A DNA stretch of 64,000 bases from the NCBI GenBank assembly GCA_964429855.1, contig CAYSDM010000001.1:106240-170239 (forward strand). Reading direction: 5' to 3'. The first letter of the stretch is position 1, and each line of letters opens with the position of its first letter. The notes beneath the pieces were generated by a model. That model saw nothing but the letters and a program-made list of their open reading frames with translations, searched no databases and was not told the origin of the DNA. Source of the DNA: an uncultured Chthonomonadaceae bacterium. GTDB lineage: Bacteria > Armatimonadota > Chthonomonadetes > Chthonomonadales > CAJBBX01. The position numbers were made by a program, and so were the translations under genes. Positions 8,488 to 19,300 of this stretch are shown one piece after another.

Positions 8488-9668
8488 AGTATATTCTGAT
8501 TGTGCCGGATGGAATGGCGGATGACCCGCTGCCTGATCTGGAGGGGCGAACGCCGCTGGAGGTGGCGCGCACGCCGTATATGGACGATCTGGCGAACAGG
8601 GGCGTGGTCGGCGGCGTGGCGGTGACTCCGCCCGATATGTATCCGGGCAGCGATGCGGCGAATATGGCGCTGCTGGGCTACGATCCCCGCCAGTACTACA
8701 CCGGACGCGGTCCGGTCGAGGCGGCCGCCATGCGGATCGCGATGGATGAGCGGGACGTGGCTTTTCGCTGCTCCCTGATCTCCACCGACGGCGAGCGGCT
8801 GCTGGACTACAGCGCGGGACACGTGGGGACGGAGGAGGCGCGTTCGCTGGTGGAGGAGGCGCGCAAGCTCTGTACCCGGCAGATGCGGCTCTTCCCCGGG
8901 ATCTCCTACCGACATATTCTGCTCTGGAACGACGGTCCGCTGGAGGTGAAGACCTTCGCTCCGCATGAGAACATGAACCGCCCCCTGAATGAGATACTGC
9001 CGACCGGCGACGGCGACTACCGGCTGCGGCAGTTTATCTGGGACTCGATAGACCTGTTGAACGATCATCCTTACAATCGCCGATGCCGCGAAGAGGGCAG
9101 ACCGGTCGCCAACACGCTCTGGCCCTGGGGACAGGGGCGCGCTCCGCAGCTTCCCTCCTTCTTCCGTCTGCACGGAAAAACCGGCGCGGTGATCGCGGGG
9201 GTGGATGTGATACGAGGGCTGGGACGGTTGACGGGGCTGGAGATCGTGGCGGTTCCGGGAGCCACCGGCTATTTCGACACCGACTACTACGCCAAAGGTC
9301 GCTATGCGGTCGAGGCGTTGAACCGGCACGATTTCGTCTGGGTGCATGTCGAGGCTCCCGATGAGGCGGGGCATATCGGCAGCATAGATGAGAAGATCAA
9401 AGCTATCGAGAGCATAGACCAACTGGTGGTAGGAACAATGCTGAGCGGACTCAAGAAACTGGACGACTTCCGCATGTTAATCGTCCCGGATCACGCGACC
9501 CCCATCGCGACACGGGGGCACAAAGTGGGTCCAGTTCCCTATCTGCTCTTCGATTCGCGCCGCGCCCGCCCCAACCGCATTCCCTACGATGAGCGCGCGT
9601 TGCAGGAGAGGGTTCCTCATGTAGACGAGGGCTATCGTCTGATCGGGGAGCTATGGGGGAAGGAGTAG
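8484..9668 (+). CDS. apgM: Cofactor-independent phosphoglycerate mutase family protein (archaeal ApgM type)
   Basis: The GTG 8484 start gives VKYILIVPDGMADDPL..GRTPLEVARTPYMDDLA..YPGSDAANMALLGYDP..HVEAPDEAGH..VPDHATP, collinear with ApgM. GTGA overlaps the stop of the upstream gene. Confidence 0.85.
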   Translation: MKYILIVPDGMADDPLPDLEGRTPLEVARTPYMDDLANRGVVGGVAVTPPDMYPGSDAANMALLGYDPRQYYTGRGPVEAAAMRIAMDERDVAFRCSLISTDGERLLDYSAGHVGTEEARSLVEEARKLCTRQMRLFPGISYRHILLWNDGPLEVKTFAPHENMNRPLNEILPTGDGDYRLRQFIWDSIDLLNDHPYNRRCREEGRPVANTLWPWGQGRAPQLPSFFRLHGKTGAVIAGVDVIRGLGRLTGLEIVAVPGATGYFDTDYYAKGRYAVEALNRHDFVWVHVEAPDEAGHIGSIDEKIKAIESIDQLVVGTMLSGLKKLDDFRMLIVPDHATPIATRGHKVGPVPYLLFDSRRARPNRIPYDERALQERVPHVDEGYRLIGELWGKE

Positions 9669-9726
9669 AGGGCAGGCTTCCGTTTTGAGTCTGCCCGTCG
9701 TCCGGTGGATGGTCAATGGACGGAGG

Positions 9727-12318
9727 CTATTTGTAGACCTCCAGTTCCGCAATACCCATCTGTCCGCCCTCCTGATCGGGACCGTCCGGCTTCACCGCCT
9801 GCACGCGCACATATCGCGCAGGCTGCGGTGTCGTCAAAAGATGACGCTGCGTGCCTCCCCGACAGTTTTTGATATGCGCCACCGTCACCCACTTTTTTCC
9901 GTCCTCAGAGAGCAGCAGTTTGTATTCGGTGGCGTAACCGCCCGACACAAAGTGAATGACGACCCGGCTTACCGCAAGGCGTTTCTGCAGGTCCACCTGA
10001 TACGCCCATGCCCACTCATACGCTCCCTGCGCATGAGTCTGCATCAACCCGTCCACGCCGTACCGCGCAAAGGCGAAGGCGCTGGCGATCAGTGTGCGCT
10101 CTCCATCCGCGCTGAGAAGCTGCGCGGGCTTCCCGAAGGCGAGGTTGCCGGGAGGAACCGGCTCCGTTTTTCGAACGGGCGGAGGAGTGTACGACGGGTA
10201 GGGACTGTCCAGTTCGATCTTAAGGATCGTATCTATCGGATCGGCGGTGATGCCCTCCAGCGAGATGGTCAGGCTCTCGCTGCGCTGCGTGAATCGCGCC
10301 GGGACGCCCCGGTTCATCCAGAGAACGGACTTCACCTTCCGTTTGATCGGTCCGACGGTCAGCGAGGAGGATTCCGGGACGCCGGTCTTGCCGAACGGAT
10401 CGCTCATCATGTGCAGGTAGATTGCCGTCCGGGCGAGATTGAGGGTATTGTAGCCCCATTCGGCGGTCGGAAGCGGACCGGGAAGGACGTGGGTGTAGGA
10501 TTCATGCAGGGGAGGCGCGCCAGGAGGATTCGCCCATTCCGCCATACGCAGGTGCGCCTGCATCACGACCGACTCTTCCAGCCTCTTATAGGGAGTTGCG
10601 ATGGTCGGGCTGTGATCCATGTTTGCCACAAAGCCCTGCCCGATGAGCGATAGCTGTACCCGCAGATACGCCTGCCAGTCCGGCTGGATGTTCGGGGAGT
10701 ACTCAAATTTCGGGTCGGCGATCATCCGCCACGACTCGACTGGCACACGCTTGGGCCAGCGAATCGTGAAGGGCCAGATTGACCAGATACGTTCGCCCCA
10801 TGCGCCCCATCCCTCCATGCAGACCACATCCCAGTCGCTCTGATAGAGCGTGGTGACGCCGTTGAGAACGATCAGGGTGTCCGGGCTGTGCGCGCGGATC
10901 ATGCTGTAGAGAGCGTCCAGGGAGACATACCCGTCGGGATCAGGGCTTGCCCAGTCGAACCAGAAGGCGGCGGGCTTATAGCGACGCACCGCCTCTTCGA
11001 CCATCAGAATCGCGCCGTTGTCGCCTCCGTGATTGGGACCGATCAGATTGCCCATATACATCCCGAACCGGATGCCCTCCGCCTCCAGCGCAGTTTTGTA
11101 TCGTCCCGCCAGATCGCCCAGGGGGTTGTTCGGCTCATAGAGCGAGTTCCAGCGGTATTTCATGTCGCCATTGTTATAAGAGATCATCATCCCCAGCGCA
11201 TAGCCCTGCCGCTTCATCGTCTTCGCAAACCGCTGCAGTTCTCCCTCTTCCGCGTTTAGAATGCTTTCGGGATTATGGATCAGCGCAACCAGACGCGCCT
11301 CTTCATACCACTTATTCGGACGCTCGCGCACCGTCATACGAAGGGGTTTGAGGGCGGAGCGTCCTGTACGGTCGGTCACGCGCGCCTCAAACGCATATTC
11401 ACCGAGTCGGGCGGAGCCGGAGATCACGCCGGTCAGAGAGCCGTCCGCACTCAGCTTCAGACCGCGCGGCAGGGAGCCGCCGGAGAGCGACCAGCGGTAG
11501 GGAGGAGCGCCTCCCTGCGCCGTGAGCTGAAAGTCGGCGGCAAGCATGCGCAGGCGCGGCTTCCGGCGCAGATAGGCTCCCATCTCCGGGTCAGGATCGC
11601 GCAGGGGATCGGCTCCCACGTAGGTCCACTCGCGGAAGGCATCGGGCAGGATTCCGGTCTGCGCGTCGGTCATCGCCTGTGTGGAGATCGCCAGTCGCCC
11701 CTCTCCCCCATGCACCGAGAAGACCAGTCCCGGCAGGCGGCTGCCGTCGGCACGGCACAGACGCGCATAGAATCCGAAACGCCCGTCTTCCTGATTGGCG
11801 ATCTTAAGCAGGAGCCGATTCCATCCAGCTTTCAGGGTAACGTCGGCTTTCAGGGTGTCGCGGTAGGGACCGCTTTTGACGCTCTCCAGCGTCGGCTGCC
11901 CGTTAACCCAGGCTTTGCAGGCGTTGTCCGCCCCGACTCGAAGCTGTGCCGCCTGCTCCTGCGGGCTGAAGACATAGACATGGGCGTAGGCGATCTTCGC
12001 CGCCACCGATTCACCGCGTTTGATCCGGAAGTAGCTGAAAAGATCCTGATAATCGTCGTAGTTGCGAGAGAAGAGGCGGTCGTCGAAATAGCGCCAGGGC
12101 TTTCCGCCCGACACGGCGTTGAGCGCGGGCTGCGCGGCGGTCTCGCCGATGAGATCACGGGTATAGCCGCCGTTCTGCGCATCATTATCGAAGGTTCCCG
12201 CCACCAGCCAGGTGTTGATGAAGGGAGCCTCCTCCGCCGTAGACTTCTGCGGCGCGCCGCTCCCTGAAACCGCCAGAAGACTTGCCAGACAGAGCATCAG
12301 AAGCAGTCTCTCTTTCAT
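9727..12318 (-). CDS. Secreted multidomain glycosidase: N-terminal beta-sandwich, Ig-like repeat, GH29-like TIM-barrel core, C-terminal F5/8 type C (discoidin/CBM32) domain
   Basis: Start at ATG 12318 (MKERLLLMLCLASLLAVSGS, signal peptide) overlaps the GH78 stop as ATGA. Ig-like segment: APPYRWSLSGGSLPRGLKLSADGSLTG. GH29-like segments: GIRFGMYMG, YKPAAFWFDWAS and HSPDTLIVLNG. The canonical HHDGF motif is not evident, so the GH29 call is tentative. Discoidin-like C-terminus: ARYVRVQAVKP..GIAELEVYK. Confidence 0.7.
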   Translation of the reverse strand: MKERLLLMLCLASLLAVSGSGAPQKSTAEEAPFINTWLVAGTFDNDAQNGGYTRDLIGETAAQPALNAVSGGKPWRYFDDRLFSRNYDDYQDLFSYFRIKRGESVAAKIAYAHVYVFSPQEQAAQLRVGADNACKAWVNGQPTLESVKSGPYRDTLKADVTLKAGWNRLLLKIANQEDGRFGFYARLCRADGSRLPGLVFSVHGGEGRLAISTQAMTDAQTGILPDAFREWTYVGADPLRDPDPEMGAYLRRKPRLRMLAADFQLTAQGGAPPYRWSLSGGSLPRGLKLSADGSLTGVISGSARLGEYAFEARVTDRTGRSALKPLRMTVRERPNKWYEEARLVALIHNPESILNAEEGELQRFAKTMKRQGYALGMMISYNNGDMKYRWNSLYEPNNPLGDLAGRYKTALEAEGIRFGMYMGNLIGPNHGGDNGAILMVEEAVRRYKPAAFWFDWASPDPDGYVSLDALYSMIRAHSPDTLIVLNGVTTLYQSDWDVVCMEGWGAWGERIWSIWPFTIRWPKRVPVESWRMIADPKFEYSPNIQPDWQAYLRVQLSLIGQGFVANMDHSPTIATPYKRLEESVVMQAHLRMAEWANPPGAPPLHESYTHVLPGPLPTAEWGYNTLNLARTAIYLHMMSDPFGKTGVPESSSLTVGPIKRKVKSVLWMNRGVPARFTQRSESLTISLEGITADPIDTILKIELDSPYPSYTPPPVRKTEPVPPGNLAFGKPAQLLSADGERTLIASAFAFARYGVDGLMQTHAQGAYEWAWAYQVDLQKRLAVSRVVIHFVSGGYATEYKLLLSEDGKKWVTVAHIKNCRGGTQRHLLTTPQPARYVRVQAVKPDGPDQEGGQMGIAELEVYK

Positions 12319-15020
12319 GTTCGCGCCTGCCATTTCGCGGTAAATGCGTAGCGTCCCGAAGCCAGTTCGCAGAGCAGAGTCTCCTCTTCCTGCCGTATGG
12401 CGGAGACTCCTTCCGCCTCCGCCAGCGGCTTGCCCGATTCGACGATAACGGCGTCGGGAGGCGTGGGGAACGCGGCGAGAGCGACCGCGTTGGGCGGAAC
12501 GCAGACGCTCCACTCAAAACGCTCCGCCTCCAGCGACCAGCGGCTTTCAATCCGCCCGTAGAGCGATTCGAGCGAAGCGGAGGCGGAGCGAATCTCTCCG
12601 CCGGGGCGCGGACGCAGGAGGATGCGTTTATAACCGGGTTGTTGCGGCGAAAGGTCTATGCCTGCGACCGTTGCATAGAGCCATTCGCCGATGGCTCCGT
12701 AGGCGTAGTGGTTGAACGAATTCATGCCGGGGTCCTGAAATCCCTTCTCCTCCGTCCATCCGTCCCATCGTTCCCAGGTGGTCGTCGCTCCCTTTGTGAC
12801 GGAGTAGAGCCAGGAGGGCCAGGTCTTCTGATGCAGCAGCGTATACGCTACGTCGAGATATCCGGCGCGGGTCAGCACATGCGCCAGATAGGGCGTGCCG
12901 ACAAAGCCGGTAGAGAGGTGCATTCCGCGCTGACGGATATTGCGCGCCAGTTCGCGGGCAGCGGCAGGTCGCAGCGATTCCGACAGCAGGTCGAAATGCA
13001 GCGCCAGTACGTAGGCGGTCTGCGTCTGTCCGGTAACCAGTCCGTCCGCCGTCACAAAGCGTCGGCAGAAGGCGGCTTTGATCTGCTGATGAAGCGCGTC
13101 ATACTGTACGGCGTCCGCCTCCTTTCCCAGAATGCGAGCGATACGCGCCATCAGGTGCACCGAATGGGCAAAGAAGGCGGTCCCGATCAGGTCTGTGGGC
13201 GTTTCGGCGTTGATGGAGAGCCAGTCGCCAAATCCTCCCCAGTCGCCGGAGTCGGGATGAATGCGGATTCCGTCGCGGCTGGTATTTTTCAGATGCTCCA
13301 CATAACGCGCCATGCGGGGATAGTGCGCTTCGAGTATGCGTTGGTCTCCGTAGCAGAGATAGATCGTCCAGGGGCAGATGATGCCGGCGTCGGCCCACGC
13401 CGGCCCGCCGTCATCCGCTCCGGGAATGGTCTTCGGCGCGACGGGGGGAAATGCGCCGTTCTCCGCCTGCGCATCGGCAAGGTCGTTGAGCCATTTGGTG
13501 AAGAACCCGGCGACCTCACGATTGAAGCAGGCAGTGCGAATAAACACCTGCGCGTCTCCCGTCCAACCAAGACGCTCATCGCGCTGCGGGCAGTCGGTCG
13601 GGACTTCAAAGAAGTTGCTCTTCTGTCCCCATTCGATATTGTGCTGTAACTGATTGATCAGCGGATCGGAGCATTCGAACGAGCCGGTCGGCGGCGTGTC
13701 GGAGTGCAGCACGATTCCGGTTACGGCATCGCGGGGAGGCGTGCCGTAGTAGCCGCTGAGTTCCACGAAGCGGAAGCCATGAAAGGTGAAGCGCGGCTCG
13801 TAGGTCTCCTCGGCGCGAAATTCGACCGCCGGATCGTCACAGCCTTTGAACGTGTAGTAGTCGGTGGCGGAGGCGGTGCGCAGGTTTTCGGTGTAGAGCG
13901 AGCCGTCCGGATTCAGCGTTTCGCCGTGCCGCAGGGTGACCGTCATGCCGGCAGGACCGACCCCTTTCAGCCGGACGCGTCCGACCATATTCTGCCCGAG
14001 GTCATAGATCCAGCGCGGTCCGGCGAAGTGCGCCACCGGCTTCGGGTCGGCAATGGGAGCGATCTCTTCCTGTTTTCGGACAGTCGGTCCGCACAGGGCG
14101 ACCAGCGGAACGCCGGGATCGGGGAAGGTTTCGACCGGCAACCAGGCGCGATCCTCAAAGCCCGGCATATCCCATCCCGGAATCTCGCGCCGCGCATCGT
14201 AGCTTTCGCCGCGCAGAATATCGGACATCAGCAGCGGACCGGTGGAGGTCTTCCATGTGTCGTCGGTGGCGATCGTCAGCAGGCTTCCGTCCGCCTGCTC
14301 GATCATCAACTGCGCCAGCAGCTTCGGGCGGTCTCCCCATCGCTGACGCCCGCGAAATTCGATATGCCCACAGTACCAGCCGTCCGCCAGTATCACGCCC
14401 AGGGCATTCTCGCCCTCCGTCAGCAGGTCGGTCACATCGTAGACCAGGTACTGCAGGCGGTGACGGTAGTCGGTCCAGCCGGGGGTGAACGCATCCTCGC
14501 CGATGCGCCGCCCGTTGAGCGATGCCTCAAACAGTCCCAGCGCGGTAATGTAGAGGCGCGCCGCTCGCGCCGGGGCATCGAGCAAAAAAGCGCGGCGCAG
14601 ATAGGGGCAGGGAAGCGAGGTCTGCGGGCTGCCGACCTGCGCGGAGCCGATCCAACTGCCGACCCACTCCTCCCGCGCCAGCAGTCCCATCTCCCACCAG
14701 GCAGGCGCGCTCTCCGTCATCTCGCCCCTCTCGTCCCATGCCCGCGCCTTCCACCAGACGCGCTGACGCGAAACGGGCGGCTTGCCTTCATAGACGATAT
14801 GCAGGTTTTGATCCGACTCGATCCGCCCGCTGTCCCAGAGATCGGCTTGATTAGCCTGCAGCCTCTCCTCGCGGCTCGCCGCCAGAACCTGATACGCGCT
14901 CTGGCGCGCGCCGCGCCGTTCGGATACCATCCGCCAGCAGAGTCGCGGCTGCGCGACGGAGATTCCCATCGGCGCAGCCGCATATTCACAACGTAGTCCG
15001 GTTATCTGAAATGCAGTCAT
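12315..15020 (-). CDS. Alpha-L-rhamnosidase (GH78)
   Basis: LRCEY...PRLCWR...QSAYQVL N-terminus, FECSDPLINQL, PTDCPQRDERLGWTGD, and a six-hairpin C-terminal half. No signal peptide. SD GAGGAAGAGGA upstream. Confidence 0.95.
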   Translation of the reverse strand: MTAFQITGLRCEYAAAPMGISVAQPRLCWRMVSERRGARQSAYQVLAASREERLQANQADLWDSGRIESDQNLHIVYEGKPPVSRQRVWWKARAWDERGEMTESAPAWWEMGLLAREEWVGSWIGSAQVGSPQTSLPCPYLRRAFLLDAPARAARLYITALGLFEASLNGRRIGEDAFTPGWTDYRHRLQYLVYDVTDLLTEGENALGVILADGWYCGHIEFRGRQRWGDRPKLLAQLMIEQADGSLLTIATDDTWKTSTGPLLMSDILRGESYDARREIPGWDMPGFEDRAWLPVETFPDPGVPLVALCGPTVRKQEEIAPIADPKPVAHFAGPRWIYDLGQNMVGRVRLKGVGPAGMTVTLRHGETLNPDGSLYTENLRTASATDYYTFKGCDDPAVEFRAEETYEPRFTFHGFRFVELSGYYGTPPRDAVTGIVLHSDTPPTGSFECSDPLINQLQHNIEWGQKSNFFEVPTDCPQRDERLGWTGDAQVFIRTACFNREVAGFFTKWLNDLADAQAENGAFPPVAPKTIPGADDGGPAWADAGIICPWTIYLCYGDQRILEAHYPRMARYVEHLKNTSRDGIRIHPDSGDWGGFGDWLSINAETPTDLIGTAFFAHSVHLMARIARILGKEADAVQYDALHQQIKAAFCRRFVTADGLVTGQTQTAYVLALHFDLLSESLRPAAARELARNIRQRGMHLSTGFVGTPYLAHVLTRAGYLDVAYTLLHQKTWPSWLYSVTKGATTTWERWDGWTEEKGFQDPGMNSFNHYAYGAIGEWLYATVAGIDLSPQQPGYKRILLRPRPGGEIRSASASLESLYGRIESRWSLEAERFEWSVCVPPNAVALAAFPTPPDAVIVESGKPLAEAEGVSAIRQEEETLLCELASGRYAFTAKWQART

Positions 15021-15131
15021 TCCTCTTCCTCATCCACTCAGGGTCTCTGAGATTCCTCTTTGGTGAGGAGGAGGGGAAATCCTGCCGGGAAAATGAGCGG
15101 TTGCTGGCAACCTTGAACCGACGACCTGCGC

Positions 15132-16106
15132 TTAACGGGACGACGCGCGCCGGGGTCCGATGTAGGAAGTCGCTGCGACAACGTCATCGAACCATATCCT
15201 GTTCGTCCTCACCTTATTGGGGTTGATGTATCCTCCGATAGTGATATAGTCGAGTTTAAGAGCTTCGATATCCCGGAGCCGGAGGTTCGGAAAGTCGGCC
15301 ACAAGTTTGCCGTCCAGCCAGCAGGCAATCCGTCCGTCGCGCCGACCAGGTGTGTTGGCTTGCACCATGAATTCGTAGCAGTGCCAGCGATCCAATTGGG
15401 GTAACACGTTGGGGCGCGGTTTGAAAAACTTGCCGAAGTTGCCCGCCAGGGATGTGTTTGGAGAGACCAGGCCCGTCGGATAGAAAATGTCGCCGTAGTC
15501 GCCCCGCTGCTCCGGATGGTAAATGTAAATGATCAGATTGCCCGGTGACGGCGCGTCACTATAGACCGTGCATTCATAGGACGCCAGGAACTTGTTGCGC
15601 CCATCCGCGCGTTTTCCGGGGGTCGAGCGGCCCTCAAGATGGTAGTGGGCTGAGATGGACCCGCCATTGTGAAATGACCCGGCTCCCCGCACATCCAGTC
15701 CGCTGTCGAACTTCTGATAATAGCGCAGGAATAAGGTGTTGTACTCCCGTCCGAGATGTTTCATCAAGCCGTTGCCGACCGCGCCGTCCCGTTGCGGAAA
15801 GAGCATCTCTACCGACTTCTCGCCGCTATGCACACCCTCGCGATCACGGGTGATGCGCAGGGTGTTGTCGTGAAACACGTTGTCCCAACGACGACGGAGA
15901 TCCTCGGGCAGAGAGACGTCTTCGAAATCATGCGCGAAGACAACGTTGGGATCCTTCTCGATCCCTGCATCGCCCGGATACCTGGACGCAATACCGGCGC
16001 TGCCCTCCGGCAAAGCGGCGGGTTCCTCCATCCGTGTTTCTCCTCCGACCAGATTCGTCATGCAAAGGACGAGAAGAAGCAGAGTAAGTCGCATCGTTCT
16101 CTTCAT
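15132..16106 (-). CDS. Secreted concanavalin-A-like jelly-roll protein, putative polysaccharide lyase
   Basis: Start at ATG 16106 (MKRTMRLTLLLLVLCM, signal). The C-terminal pattern WHCYEFMVQANTPG..DGRIACWLDGKLV...IDYITIGGYIN is typical of lyase/glucanase-like beta-jelly rolls. The exact family is not assignable. Confidence 0.6.
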   Translation of the reverse strand: MKRTMRLTLLLLVLCMTNLVGGETRMEEPAALPEGSAGIASRYPGDAGIEKDPNVVFAHDFEDVSLPEDLRRRWDNVFHDNTLRITRDREGVHSGEKSVEMLFPQRDGAVGNGLMKHLGREYNTLFLRYYQKFDSGLDVRGAGSFHNGGSISAHYHLEGRSTPGKRADGRNKFLASYECTVYSDAPSPGNLIIYIYHPEQRGDYGDIFYPTGLVSPNTSLAGNFGKFFKPRPNVLPQLDRWHCYEFMVQANTPGRRDGRIACWLDGKLVADFPNLRLRDIEALKLDYITIGGYINPNKVRTNRIWFDDVVAATSYIGPRRASSR

Positions 16107-16322
16107 CGTGGATTTCCTATCACTGAGTGCGTTTGACGGATGCCAGCTTATCATCATGCGACGAGTAGCCGCATATCCGCTTCTCACGGAAGGATGTTAC
16201 GACAAATCGCGATAGAACCAGGCAGGCGAGTTTGATAATGCCCTCATCTCCCATCATAAAAGGTGCCGCCAAAGCTGTCAAGCAGCGAACTCCACCCCGT
16301 TCCTCGAACGGGCTTTTGGTTG

Positions 16323-19300
16323 TCATTTTGCGGCGGTAGCGGCGGTTACCGCCAGCAGCGCGGGAACGCCTCGACGATCCGGTCCGTAGACCACGTCTAT
16401 GCTCTTGATCTCGACATCCGGGCGCGGGTTGTCCCACTGTTTTGTATAGGCGACCGCGTGCAGGTCCGTGCCGGAGTAGGGGCGCGTCCAGCCGATCTGC
16501 GCGCCGGGAAGCGGCATCGGGGTCTTCTGCCGGTAGTCGTCTATGTCGAGTTCGGCGTAGATTGGCACGACGGCGGTCTGCCCGTCGGCGTACTGGATGA
16601 CATAGCGCAGCATTTCGTAGCGTTTGCGTTCGCGGATATCCTGCTCGTTGCGGCGGGCATCCATGCGGGCGGTATGCAGGAAGAAGAGAGCGTCGGCTTT
16701 ACGCTGCACCGGAATGCCGCGCACCTCCTGCGCCGGGCTGTTGGGAACGCCGTCTCCGCCAAGCATAATGCAGGTCGGAACCGGCGAGGTGGCAAAGGTG
16801 AAGATGTCGAACGGAACGCCTGCAAAGGTCTGCCTGCCGGTCGGCATATCCTTGAAGGTTGCGCTGCGGTCGCCAAACCAACCCCGCTCATCCCGGTACT
16901 GATTGGCCTGCTTCGAAATATCTATCGGCGAAAACTGCAGGGGCGTCCCGACGATGACGCTCTTTCCGCCGCGGAAGGGAGCTTTCAGGTTCAGCAGCAG
17001 GGTCTTTATGATCTGCCGCTTTTTTAGGGCGTTGACCGGAACCGCCTCGCTCTCCTTGAACAACAGATTGCACAGGACGATCCCGCCGTTTCCGCGCGGG
17101 TACTCCATCATGCTGCCGATGTTGAGAATCGGGCGCACGCGCTGATAGAACTCCGGCGGACGCTTCGCGAACAGGCGGATATTATCCAGCCCCGTCACCT
17201 GCGCCACGCCCGGCAGCTTCTTCCAGTCCGCTAATCGCAGGGTGAGGTTCTTGCCGGAGATCGCAGGCGCGATATCGAAAAGCTGCGGCTCGTTGGTCGG
17301 CACTGTGTTGAAGGTGGCAGGCGCGCCGCCGTCAAAAAGAAGCTGCGCCTTTGTGACCGGATAGTAGAAGGTGTTGCCGATCCATTCCATGCGCGTCAGT
17401 TCCACCGGTTTCGGGAACTCCAGCTTGAAGTCCAGCGGGGGAGCGTTGGGAGCCGGGAGGTTCACGATATACTTCCAGGCGTCCGCCGACACAAACCCGT
17501 TGGTCATCATCTGGTTAAAGTCGTTCTCGAATTTTGCGAAGGGGGCGACATCCTCAAAATCCACCACATAGCTGAAGATGTCGGAGGCGACAAACTCATC
17601 CGCTGTCCAGTCGAAGATGCGCTCTCCGGAGAGCATCACGATCTCGCCCAGAGTCAGCCCGGAGGTGAGGGGATTTCGCGGCGCGGAGAAGGTGACTCGC
17701 TCCCGGCGAAACGGGCGAATCATATGCTCGAAGCCGACCAGTTGATTGTAGGCAGGCAGTCCCTCCGGCGTCAGACCGTGCAGAATCAGGTAGCCTCCGC
17801 GCTCTGTGAACTCTTCCACCGCCTTCCGGTGATCGGTCAACTGCTGTAGATTATGCGGAGAAGCGGGGATAATCGCCAGACGAACGCCCGAAGCGGAGAT
17901 CGCCATCAGCGGGTCTTCCGACTTTTGATACTCCAACCCGATGGCGTCCAGCGTCGCCAGAAGGTTACCGGCATCCCGCGCAGCAACCGCGACACGCCTG
18001 TACTCCAGCTTATAGGCGGCGCCATACTCCAGCAGATTCGCCAGCAGCTTCTGCGCTGTGGCGTTGTCTGCCAGGTTCTCCGCGACGTTCAACTGACACA
18101 GCAGTATCAGTCCCTGCCCGACCGGAACCTCCGCCAGAGCGGTGTTCTGCAGGCGCGCGTCGCACTGAACCAGCGACCGCGCTCCGCGTGTGGGCTTGGT
18201 GTAGGCATTGGCGTAGAGCAGCCGGTTGACGCCCCAGGTGAAGAGGTCTTTCTGCTGCAAGCCGCGCAGCGCGGGATGGTTGAGGTCTTCGGCGTAGGCA
18301 ATCTTGCCCTGTGCGGTGGTCGCCTCGATCTCGGCGGGCAGCGCCTGATACTTGAGCGGATTCTGCTGCTCCAGAACAATCACCGTGCGCCCGGAGGAGG
18401 CATAGGCGGCAAGCTGCGGCGAAGTGGACTCCGCCAGCGAGAGCGCGTCCTTTCCGAGCAGCAGGACCTTTCCGCTCTCCGGCAGGTTCGCCAGGCTGTT
18501 GATCGGGGTGAAGGGCACGCTGTGGCGTTGTAGGAAGGCAGCGACTTCGCCTTTTGGATCGTAGACCAGCAGACCCGGCGGCGGCGCGTTCAGGCGGAAG
18601 GCAGGCAGCACGGAGACCGCCCTGACATCCCGAAAAGCCTCCTGACCGCGCGTTTTCAGCGTGAGGATCAGTTCGCCTTCTGTGCGCGTCTCCACGTTCG
18701 GAAGTGAGAGGACGGTCTCAAACTTCTGATTCTGCCCTGCCGGAACGGAGCACTCTTTCGTCTCCTCCGCGATCTTTTTACCGCCCAGAGTCAGCGTCCA
18801 GGTAAAAGTGACAGGGTCGCTGAATCGCGTATCGTTGAAGATGCCAAAGGTGCGGCGAACAGACTGCCCGGAGGCGAACGTCCAGTCCCATTCACGGCAG
18901 AAGGCCGCCAGCCAGGGATTGGAGCCATACTGATTGACCGCCTCGCGCTGTCCCATCCAGAAGTGCCACGCGCCGTATTCCGCCCAGCGATGCCCCTCCG
19001 TCAGCATCCGGTAGATGATCCCGGCAGCCGGGTGCGCGTAGGTCTTGCCGAGGAAGGTGTCCTCCCCGCCGAAGATGGAATAGTCCGCCGGGTTGATGCC
19101 GTTGGCGAAGTAGTCTTCGCCGAGAAATCGGGGTCGTTTCTGATCCCAATGCCAGCGTCCGCGCCCTCCCGCGTGGATGTTGGGTTCGTAGGCCAGGTCG
19201 GGATAGCGGGTATTGTTGGAATCGAAGACATAGTGATCGCCATGCACGGGGAGGGTCTGCGCTTTCGTCGCGCCGCCCCCGTCCACCATCGTCGGGCGGG

